A stretch of 64,000 nt of DNA, from the NCBI GenBank assembly GCA_030390025.1, contig CM059431.1, positions 149,980,001 through 150,044,000 of the forward strand, given 5' to 3'. Both the position numbers and the translations under genes were made by a program. Positions within the stretch are counted from its first letter, which is position 1; each line of letters starts with the position of its first letter. Below, one piece after another: positions 46,225 to 57,509 of this stretch. The stretch is from Squalus acanthias (Eukaryota). Under the pieces are notes generated by a model. It made no database searches, had not been told where the DNA came from, and saw only the letters and a list, made by a program, of their open reading frames with translations.

Positions 46225-49200
46225 ATCCAAAGTGGTATATCTGTTTGAGAGGGGAATGTCCACAGGGGACCCCTGCACTACCTGCCTGCGCCGACTACTC
46301 TGCCTGGTGGTCACCCATTGCCTTCCTGCCAGTGCAGCCTTTACCTGCGAGTGACCAACTCCCTAAACATGCTATCCACGATGTTCTCAGCATCGCAAGT
46401 GCTCCAGTATGCATCCATTCGCAGCTCCAGCGCCGCAATGCGGTCTGCCATTAGCTGCATCTGGATACACTTCCCGCACACATGGTCAACAGACACTCTC
46501 TTTAAAATGGCCCTTTGATAGAAAGACTCCCTCTTTAAAATGGTCCCTGATGGTGAGACTCCAACTTTAAAATGTTCCCTGATGGTGAGACTCCCTGTTT
46601 AAAAGGGGTCCCTGATGGTGAGAATTTCTCTTTAAATGGTGTGCCTAATAGGAACATTATCTTTAAAAGGTATCCCTGATAAAAAAAAAAACTCTCTCTT
46701 CAAAAGGGGCCCTAGATAGAAAGACTCCCCCTTTAAAAGTGGTCCCTGATGGTGAGACTCCAACTTTAAAATGTTTCCCTGATGGAGACACGCCCTCTTT
46801 AAAAGGGGTCCCTGGTGGAGAGACTCTATCATTAAAATCCGTGAAGCGGATACTCCCTCTTTAAAATGTCCCCTGATGTAGGGATTTAATCTTTAAAAGG
46901 TGTTCCTGATGCTGAAACACCCTCTGTAAAACGGGTCCCTGATGGTGAGACTCCCTCTTTAACAGGGGTCCCTAATGGAAAGATTCCCTATTTAAAAGGG
47001 GACCTTGCTAGACATATTTTCTCTTTAAAAGGGGTACCTGATAGAAAGACTATTTCTTTAAAATGTGTCCCCGTGAATGAGACCCCTTCTTTCAAAGGGC
47101 TCCATGATAGAAAGACTCTCTCTTTAAAAGAGTCCGTGATAGAAAGACTTTCTCTTTAAAAAGGTTCTCTGAAGTTGAGACTCCCTCTTTAAAATGGTCC
47201 CTGTTTGTGAGACTCAATCTTTAAAAGGGGGCCCTGATGGTGAGATTTCCTCTTTATAAAGAGTCCCTGGTGATGAAACAGCCTTTTTAAAAGGGGTCGC
47301 TGATGGTGAGCCTCTTTCAAAGGGTTCCCTAATGGGGAGACTCTCTCTTTAAAAGAGGTCCCTGATAGAAATACTCTCACTTTAAAAGGGATCCCTGATG
47401 CAGAGACACCCTCTTTAAAAGTGGTGCCTGATGGTGAGACTCTCGCTTTAAAAGCGGTACATGATGGTGAGACTATCTCTTTAAAAGCGTCCCTGATGCT
47501 GAATCTCCATCTTTAAAAGGGATCCTTGATGGTGAGCCTGTTCAAAATGATTACTTAATGGGGAGACTCTCTCTTTAAAAGGGGTCCCTTATAGAAAGAC
47601 TCCTTCTTTAAAAAGAGTCCCTGATGCTGAATCACCCTTTTTAAAAGGGGATCCTGATGGTGAGCCTCTTTAAAAGGGTTCCCAAATGTTGATACTCCCT
47701 CTTTAAACAAACTCTGGTGGAGAGACTCTCTCATTAAAAGGGGTCTCTGACGGTTTTACTCCCTCTTTAAAAGTGGTCCCTGATGGGGTAACACCCTCTT
47801 TAAAATGTGTCCCTGATGGAGACAACTCCGCTTTAACAGGGGTCCCTGATGGTGTGTCTTGCTCTTTAAATGGTGTCACTAATAGGAAGATTCTCCTGAA
47901 AGGGGCCCTTGATAGGAAGAATCACTATTTTAAATGGGTCCCCGAGGGTGAGACTCCCTCAAAAAAATCCTCCCTGATGGAAAGACAATCTAGTTAAAAG
48001 GTGTCCCTGATGGGGAGACTCCCTCTTTAAAAGGTGTCCCTGATGGGGAGACTCCCTCTTTAAAAGAGGTACCTGATGGTGAGACTCCCTCTTTAAAAGG
48101 GATCCCTGAGTGTGAGACTCTTTCTTTAATTTGGATCCCTGATGGTGAGACGCACTCATTAAAATGGTTACTGATTGTAAGACTCTCGTTAAAAGGCTTC
48201 CCTAATCGAAAGACTCCCTCTTTAAAATGGTCTCTGATGGTGAGACTCTCTCTTTAAATGGGATCACTGATGGTGAGATTTCCTCTTTAAAAGTGATCTC
48301 TAATGGGGAGACCTTCTCTTTAAAAGGGATCCCACATGGTGAGACTCCCTCTTTAAAAGGGATCCCAGATGGTAAGACTCACTCTTTAAAGGGGATCCCT
48401 GATGTTGAGATTCCCTCATTAAAAGGGGCCCCTGATGGTGAAACTTCCTCTTAAAATTGTTCCCTGATGGTGAGACACTCTCTTTAAAAGGGATCCCTGA
48501 TCTGAAGACTCCCTCTTTATAAGGGGAACACTGATGGTGACACTCCCTCTTTAAAAGGGTTCGCTGATGACGAGAATCTCTCTTTAAAAGGTGTCCCTAA
48601 TAGGATGAATCTCTTTAAAAGGTGTCCTTGATAGAAAGACTCTCTCTTTAAAAGGGATCCTTGATGGAAAGTCTTTCTCATTAACGTGGTCCCTGATGGT
48701 GAGACTCTCTCTTTAAAATGGGTCCCTGATGTTGAGAGTCCCTCTTTAATAGAAGTCCCTGATGCTGAAACATCATATTTTAAAGGGGTCCCTAATGGGG
48801 AGACTCTCTCTTTAAAAGCGTTCCGAAAGAAAGACTCCCTCTTTAAAAAGTGTTTCTGATGGTGAGACTCTCCGATTAAAAGGGTTCCCTGATGATGAGA
48901 ATCCCTCTTTAAATGGGGTCATTGATGGTGAGACTCCGTCTTTAAAAGGGGCCAGTGATGGAGAGACTCCCTCTATAAATGGTGCCCCTGATGGTGAGAC
49001 TCCGTCTTTAAAAGGGGAAACTGACGGTGAGACCCATGTTAAAAAGATTCCCTGATGGGGTGACTCCCTCTTTAAAATGGGTCCCTGATGGTGCGACTCC
49101 CTCTTCAAAAGGGTTCCCTAATGGTGAGGCTCTCTCATTAAAATATGTCCCTGATGGTGAAACACCCGCTTTAAAAGGGGTCCCGGAGGTGAGACTCTCT

Positions 49201-49369
49201 CTTTAACAGGTGTCCCTGATAGAGAGACTCTCTTTAAAAGCGGTCACTGATGCTGATACTCCCTCTTTATAAAGGTTCAATTATGGAGAGACTCTCCCTT
49301 TAAAAGGGGTCCCTGGTTGAGAGATTATCTCATCAACAGGGCTCCCTGACAGGAATACTCCCTCTTTAA

Positions 49370-52300
49370 TGATATAATTGGGATTACGGAGACATGGCTC
49401 CAGGGTGACCAAGGCTGGGAATTCAACATCCAGGTGTATTCAATATTCAGGAAGGACAGTCAAAAAGGAAAAGGAGGCGGGGTAGCTTTACTGGTTAAAG
49501 AGGAGATTAACACAATGGGAAGGAACGATATTAGCTCTGACGATGTGGAATCTGTATGGGTAGAGCTGATAACTACCAATGGGCAGGAAACGTTAGTGGG
49601 AGTTGGACACAGACCCCCAAACATTAATGCTGTCGTTGTGGATAGCATTAAACTGGAAATTGGAGACGCGTGCAATAAGGGCACAGCAGTTATCATGGCT
49701 GACTTCAATCTACATATAAATTGGGCTAATCAAATTAGTAACAATACTGTGGAGGAGGAATTCCTAGAGTGTATACGGGATTGTTTCCTGGACCAATATG
49801 TCGAGGAAGCAACTAGAGATCCGGCCATCTTAGACTGGTTATTATGTAATGAGAAAGGATTAATTAGCAATCTTGTTGTGCGAGGCCCTTGGGGAGGAGC
49901 AATCATAATATGATAGAATTCTTCATTTAGATGGAGAATGAAGTAATTGATTCAGAGACTAGGGTCCTGAATTTAAATAAAAGAAACTACGATGGTATGA
50001 GGCGCGAGTTGGCTAGGATGGATTGGGGAACGTTACTTAAAGGGTTGACCGTGGACAGGAAATGGCAAACATTTAAAGATCGCATGTATGAACTACAGAA
50101 TGTGTTCATCCCTGTTTGGCATAAAAATAAAACAAGAAAGGTGACTCAAGAGTGGCTAACAAGGGAAATTATGGATAGCATAAGATCCAAGGAGAGTACA
50201 TATACATTGGTCAGAAAAAGCAGCAAACCTGAGGATTGGGAGCATTTTAGGATTCAGCAAAGGAGGACAAAGGGCTTAATTAAGAGGGGGGAAATAGAGT
50301 ATGAGAATAAGCTTACAGGGAACATACAAACTGACTGTAAATGCTTCTATAGATATGTGAAGAGCAAAAGATTGATAAATTCAAGCGCAGGTCCCTTGCA
50401 GTCAGAATCAGGGTAATTTATAATGGGGAACAAAGAAATGGCAGAACATTTAAATACATACTTTGGTTCTGTCTTCTCAAAGCAGGACACAAATAACCTC
50501 CCAGAGATGTCAGGGAACATAGGGTCTAATGAGAGGGAGGAACTGAATGAAATCAGTATTTTTAGGGAATTGGTGTTGAGGAAATTAATGGGATTGAAGG
50601 CCGATAAATCCCCAGGGGCTGATAATCTAAATCCTAGGGTACTTAAGCAAGTGGCCCTAGAAATAGTAGATGCATTGCTGATCATCTTCCAAAACTCTAT
50701 CGAATCTGGAAAAGTTCCCATGGATTGGAGGGCAGCTAATGCAACCCCACTATTTAAAAAAGGTGGTAGAGAGAGAACGGGGAATTGTAGATCGGTAAGC
50801 ATGCCATCGGTACTGGGAAAAATGCTGGAGTCTTTTATAAAAGATCCAATAGCAGAGCACTTGGAAAACAGTGACAGGATCGGTCAAAGTCAACATGGAT
50901 TTACAAAAGATAAATCATGCTTGGCTAATCTACTGGAATTTTTTGAGGATGTAACTGGTAGAATAGATAAGGGAGAACCAGTGGATGTGGTGTATTTGGA
51001 CTTTCAGAAGGCTTTCGATAAGCTCCCGCGTAAGAGAAGAGCGTGCAAAGTTAAAGCACATGGGATTGGGGGTAATGTACTGACTAGGATAGAAAACTGG
51101 TTGGCAGACAGGAAGCAAAGAGTTGGAATAAACTGGTCTTTTTCCGAGTTGCAGGCAGTGACTAGTGGGGTACCGCAGGGATCGGTGTTAGGACCCCAGT
51201 TATTCACAATATATATAAACGATCTAGACGAGGGAACTAGATGTAATATCTCCAAGTCTGCAGACAACACAAAGCTGGGTGGATGTGTGTGCTGTGAGGA
51301 GGATGCAGAGAAACTCCAGTATGATTTGGAAAAGTTGCATGATTGGTCAGATGCATGGCAGATGCAGTATAATGTGGATAAATGCGAGGTTATCCACTTT
51401 GGTGTTAAAAACAGGAAGGCAGATAATTATCTGAACGACAATAGATTGGGAAAAGGGGAAGTGCAACGAGACCTGGGAGTCCTTGTGTACCAGTCGTTGA
51501 AGGTAAGCATGCAGGTGCAGCAGGCGGTTAGAACATAAGAACATAAGAAATAGGAGCAGGAGTAGGCCAATCGGCCCCTCGAGCCTGCTCCGCCATTCAA
51601 TAAGATCATGGCTGATCTGATCCTAACCGCCAATCTACTATCTATCACAGAACCATCTCCTGCATCTAACAGAATTGCACACACGAAATAGGAGCAGAAT
51701 CAGGCTACACAGTCCCTGGGCCCGCTCCACTACCCACAGGGCCATGACCGATCCGAACCTAGACTCATGTCCAAATTCCTGCCCGCTCCCCGTAACCCTT
51801 AATGCCCTTTACTTCTAGGAAACTGTCTATTTCTGTTTTAAATTTAATTAATGTTGTAGCTTCTACAGCTTTTTGTGGCAGCATATTCCATGGACCTACC
51901 ACCCTCTGAGTGAAGTAGTTCCTCCTCATCTCAGTTTTGAAAGAGCAGCCCCTTATTCTAAGACTATGTCCCCTAGTTCTCGTCTCACCCGTCATCGGGA
52001 ACATCCTCCCCGCATCCACCCGATCCAACCCCTTCACAATCTTATATGTTTCAATAAGATCGCCTCTCATTCTTCTGAACTCCAATGAGTAGAGTCCCAA
52101 TCTACCCAACCTCTCCTCATATGACCACCCCCTCATCCCCGGGATGAGGCAAATGGTATGTTGGCCTTCATAGCGAGAGGATTCGAGTACAGTAGCAAGG
52201 ATGTCTTGCTGCAGTTGTACAGGGCCTTGGTGAGACCACACCTTGAGTATTGTGTGCAGTTTTGGTCGCCTTATCTGAGGAAGGATGTTCTTGCCATGGA

Positions 52301-52770
52301 GTGAGTGCAGCGTGGCATGGCAGGAATGACGTATGAAGAGAGATTGGGTCGATTGGGTTTGTATTCGCAAGAGTTTAGAAGAATGAGAGGGGCTCACATT
52401 GAAACTTATAAAATTCTAACAGGACTAGACAGACTAGATGCAGGAAGGATGTTCCCGATGGCGGGGTGTCCAGAACCAGGGGTCACAGTCTAAAGATAAG
52501 GGGTAAGCCTTTTAGGACTGAGATGAGGAGTAATTTCTTCACCCAGAGAGTGGTGAACCTGTGGAATTCTCTACCGCAGAAGACAGTTGAGTCCAATTCA
52601 TTACATATATTCAGAAGGTGTTAGATATATTTATTAAAGCTAAGGGGATCAAGGGATATGGGTCGAAAGCAGGGTCAGGGTACTGAACTTGGATGATCAG
52701 CCATGATCGCATTGGATAGCGGAGCAGGCTCGAGGCGCCGAATGGCTCCTATGTTCTATGTTTCTATGTG
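49370..52770 (+). mobile_element. 5'-truncated CR1 ORF2 (same subfamily as 42443-46495)
   Basis: ORFs at 49434, 49931 and 50423 (VYLDFQKAFD, SGVPQGSVLGP); tatgtttctatg tail. Confidence 0.95.
51530..52146 (-). mobile_element. CR1 3' fragment nested in the CR1 above (subfamily of the 34199-38718 copy)
   Basis: IPGMRGWSYEERLGRLGLYSLEFRRMRG...; agaacataag tail; the host frame resumes gcaaatggtatg. Confidence 0.92.
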
Positions 52771-55700
52771 TCTAAGTTAAAAGGGGACCGATAGAATGAT
52801 TCCCTCTTTAAAAGGGTCTCTGATAGTGACACTCCCTCTTTAAAAGGATTCCTGAGTGTGAGACTCTCTCTTTAAAAGGGATCCCTGTTGGTGACTCACT
52901 TATTAAAAGGGCTCCCTGATAGAAAAACAGCCTCTTAAAAGTGATCGCTGATGGTAAGTCTCTCTTTAAGTGGGTTCCATTTTATAAAGACTCCCTCTTT
53001 TAAAGGGCTGCCTGATGGTGAGGCTCACTCTTTAAAAGGGATCCCAGATGGTAAGACTCACTCTTTAAAAAGGGTCCGTGTTGCGGAATCGTCCTCTTTA
53101 AAAGGGGTCCCCGATTGTGAGGCTCCCTCTGTAAAAGGGGTCCCTGGTGGAGAGACTCTCTCTTTAAAGGGGTAGCTAATAGAAAGACGCTATTTTAAAA
53201 GTGGTACATTTTGGTGAGACTCCCTCTTTAAAAGGGATCCCTGATAATGAGACTCCCTCTTTAAAATGGACCCCTGATTTTGATTCACCCTTTTTAAAAG
53301 GGGTCCCTGATGGTGAGACTATTTCTTTAAAAGCGGTCCCTGATGCTGAATCTCCCCATTTAAAAGGGGTCCCTGTTGGGGAAACTCCCTCATTAAAAGT
53401 GGTCCCTGATGGTGAGACTTTCTGTTTAAAATGCGACCCTGATGGTGAGACTCCCTCATTAATAGGAGTCCCTGATGCTGAAACATCCTCTTTAAAAGTG
53501 GTCCCTGATGGTGAGCTCCTTTTAAATGGCTCCCTAATGGGGAGAATCTCTCTCCAAAAGGGGTCCCTGATAGAAAGTCTCCCTCTTTAAAATGTGTCCC
53601 TGATGCTGAACGACTCTTTTAAAAGGGGTCCCTGATGGTGAGCCTCTTTAAAGGGGTACCTAATGGGGATACTCTCTCTTTAAAAGGGGTCCCTGATTGA
53701 AAGACTCTCTCTTTAAAAGCGGTCCCTGATGGTAAGATTCCCTATTTAAAAGGGGCCCCTGATGGGGCGACACCCTCTTTAAAAGCGGTCCCTGCTGATG
53801 AGACTCTCTCTTTAAAATGGGTACCTGATGGAGTGGCGATCTCTTTAAAAGCAGGCCCTGATGCTGAAACTCCATCTGTAAAAGAGATCCCTAATGATGT
53901 GACTCTCTCTTTAAAAGCGGTCCCTGATGATGAGGCTCCGTTTTTTAAAAGGGGTCCCTGACGTGTATGCTCCCTCTTTAAAAGGGGCCACTGAGGGAGA
54001 CAATCCCTCTTTAAAAGTGGAATCTGATGGTGAGACTCCCTCTTTAAACGGGGTCCCTTATGGTGAGACTCTCTCTTTAAAAGTGGTCCATGATGGGGCG
54101 ACTCCCTCTTTAAAAGGGTCCCTGATTGAGACACTCCCTCTTTAAAAGGGGTCCCTGATGGTGAGACTCCCTCTTTAAAAGGGGTTCCTGGTGGAGCGAC
54201 TCCTTCTCAAATGGGTCCCTGATGGTGAGATTCTCTCTTTACAAGTGGTCCCTGATGGTGAGACTCTCTCTTTAAAAGGGATCCCTGATGGTGAGACTCC
54301 TTCTCAAATGGGTCCCTGATGGTGAGATTCTCTCTTTACATGTGGTCCCTGATGGTGAGATTCTCTCTTTACAAGTTGTCCCTGATGGTGAGATTCTCCC
54401 TTTAAATGTAATCCCTGATGGTGAGACTCTCTCTTCCGTAGGAGTCCCTGATGCTGAAACAGCCTCTTTAAACGGGGTCCCTGATGATGAGCCTCTTTAA
54501 AAGTGGTCCCAAATGGGGAGATTCTCTCGTTAAAAGGGGTCCCTGATAGAAAGACTCCCTCTTTAAAGTGTGTCCCTGATGCTGAAACAGCCTTTTTAAA
54601 AGGGTTCCCTTTTGGTGAGCCCCTATAAAAGTTCTCCCTAATGGGGAGACTCTCTCCTTAAAAGGGGTCGCTGATGGAAAGACTCCCTCTTTAAAAGTCG
54701 TCCCTGATAGTGAGACTCCTTCTTTAAAAGGGGTCCCTGATGGTGAGACCCCCTCTTTAAAAGCGGATCCTGATGGTGAGAGTCTCTCTTTAAAAGTGGG
54801 CCCTGGTGGAGAGACACTCTCATTAAAAGTGGTGCCTGATGGGTGTTATCCCTCTTTAAAAGTGGCCCCTGATGGTGATACTCTCTCTTTAAAAGGGGTC
54901 CCTGATGCTGAAATACCCTCTTTAAAAGGGATTCCTGATGGTGAGACCCCCTCTTTAAAAGTGGTCCTTAATGGCGAGTCGCTCTCTTTAAAATGGTTCC
55001 TTGATGGTGAGACTCTCTCTTTAAAAGGTGTCCCTGATGGTGAGACTCCCTCTTTAAAAGGGGTCCCTGATAGTGAGACTCCTTCTTTAAATGGGGTCCC
55101 TGATGGTGAGACACCCTCTTTAAAAGCGGATACTGATGGTGAGAGTCTCTCTTTAAAAGTGGTCCCTGGTGGAGAGACACTCTCATTAAAAGGGTGCCTG
55201 ATGGGTATTATCCCGCTTTAAAAGTGGCCCCTGATGGTGATACTCTCTCTTTAAAAGGGGTTCCTGATGCTGAAATACCCTCTTTAAAAGGGATTCCTGA
55301 TGGTGAGACCCCCTCTTTAAAAGTGGTCCTTGATGGCGAGTCGCTCTCTTTAAAAGGGGTCCCTGATGGTGAGACTCCCTCTTTAAAAGGGGTCCCTGAT
55401 GGTGAGACTCCCTCTTTTAAAGGGACCCCTGACTGTGAGACTCTCGTTAAATGGGGTCCCTGATGGGGAGACTCCCTCTTTAAAAGGGGACCCTGATGAT
55501 GAGAAACCATCTTTAAAAGGGTACCCTGACGGTGAGACTCTCGTTAAAAGCGGTCCCTGATGGGTATACTCCCTCTTTAAATGTTGTCCCTGATGGTGAG
55601 ACTCTCTCCTTAAAATGAGTCCCTGATGGTGAGACTCTCTTTTTAAAACCGGTCTCTGATGCTGAAACACCCTCTTTAAAATGGATCCCTGATGGTGAGA

Positions 55701-57292
55701 CTTCCTCTTCAAAAGGAATCCCAGATGGGTAATAACCCTCTTTAAAAGGTGTTCCTAATAGAGACACACCTTCTTGAAAAGGGCACCCTGATGGTGAGAC
55801 ACTCTCTTTAAAAGGTGTCCCTAATCGGAAGATTCTCTTTAAAAGGGTTCCTTGATTGAAAGACTCTCTCTTTAAAATTGGAGCCCAAGGTGAGACTCCC
55901 TCTTTAAAAGGGCTCCCTGATGGTGAGACTCCCTCTTTAAAAGTGTCCCTGGTGGAGAGTCTCTCTCACTAACAGGGGTACCTGATAGAAAGACTCTATC
56001 TTTAAATTGTTTCCCCGAGGGAGATACTCCCTCTTTAAAAGGTATCCCTGTTGGTGAGACTCCCTCTTTAAAAGCGGTCGCTGATGGTGAGACGTCCTCT
56101 TTAAAACCGGGTCCCTTATGATGAGACTCTCTCTTTAAAAGCGATCCCTGATGGTGAGACTCCCTCTTTAAAAGGAATCCCTGATGGTGAGACTCTCTGT
56201 TTAAAAGGGGTCCCTGATGGTGAGACTCTCTCTTTAAAAGGGGTCTCTGATAGAAAGACTCCCTCTTTAAAAAGAGTCCCTGATGCTGAAACATCCGTTT
56301 AAAAAGGGGTCCCTGATGGTGAGCCTCTTTAAAAGGGGTCCCTGATGGTGAGATTCCCTCTTAAAAAATGGGCCCCTGTTGGTCAGATTCTCTCTTTAAA
56401 ATGTGTTTCTGATGGTGAGACACCCTCTTTAAAATGGGTCCCTGATGGCGAGTCACTCTTTAAAAGGTGTCCCTGATGGAGAGCCTCTCTCTTAAAAAGT
56501 GGTCCCTGATGCTGAATCACCCTCTTTAAAAGGGGTCGCTGATGGTGAGACTCCCTCTTTAAAAGTGATACCTGATGGTGTGACTCTCTCTTTAAAATCG
56601 GTCCCTGATGCTAAAAGACCCTCTTTAAAAGGGGTCCCTGATAGTCAACCTCTTTAAAAGGTGTCCCAAAATGGAGAATCTCTCTTTAAAATGGATCCCT
56701 GAGAGAAAGTCTCCCTCTTTAAAAAGTGTCCCTGATGCTGAAACACTCTCTTTAAAAGGGTTTCCTGATGATGAGCCTCTTTAAAAGGGGTTCCTAATGG
56801 GGAGACATTCTCTTTAAAAGGGGTCCCTGATAGAAAGACTCTCTCGTTAAAATGTGTCCACGAGTGTGAGACTCCCTCCTTAAAAGAAGTCCCTGATAGA
56901 AAGACTCTCTCTTTAAAAGTGGTCCCTGATGGTGAAACTCCCTCTTTAAAAGGGGTCCCTGATGGTAAGATTCCCTGTTTAAAAGGTATCCCTGATGTTG
57001 AGACACACTCTTTAAAGGCGGTCCCTGATTCTGTAACTCCCTCTGTAAAAGCGATCACTGACAGTGAGGCTCCCTCTTTAAAAGTGGTCCCTGTTGGAGA
57101 GACTCTCTCATTAATAGGGGTACCTGATGGGTATACTCCCTCTTTAAAACGTGCCCCTCATGGAGATAGTCCCTCTTTAAATGGGTCCCTGATGATGAGA
57201 CACTCTCTTTAAAAAGTGTCCTTGCTGATGAGACACCTTCTTTACATGTGGTCCCTTATGGTGAGACACCCTCTTTAAAAGGGGACACTGAC

Positions 57293-57509
57293 TGACGTAT
57301 GAAAACTACAAAAAACTTGATCTAAGCGTTAAACAAAGCTTTAATCAACTGTTTTTCAACATGGAGGTCTATTTGTATCCATACTGGTTCCTGTAAAGGA
57401 ATGTCCTAAGCAAGTTGGGCCCATGCCCTAGTATTTATACTCTCCCTGGACAGCGCCACCAGCAGGTCGGCTAGTATTATTTCATACATGAATGACAAGA
57501 TTCTTGTCA
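57293..57509 (-). mobile_element. Solo LTR (217 bp)
   Basis: TGAC...GTCA termini; the minus strand has TATAAATA then ATTAAA; flanks ctgac/ctgaa (5-bp TSD, 1 mismatch) inside the satellite. Confidence 0.7.

Larger units (their letters stand above)
42443..46495 (-). mobile_element. Near full-length CR1 LINE (decayed)
   Basis: Minus ORF1 esterase (GNSIVRG, VVVHIGTN) and ORF2 (YRPPNS, KSPGPDNLHP, NYRPVSL); (agaaacat)n tail. Confidence 0.95.
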
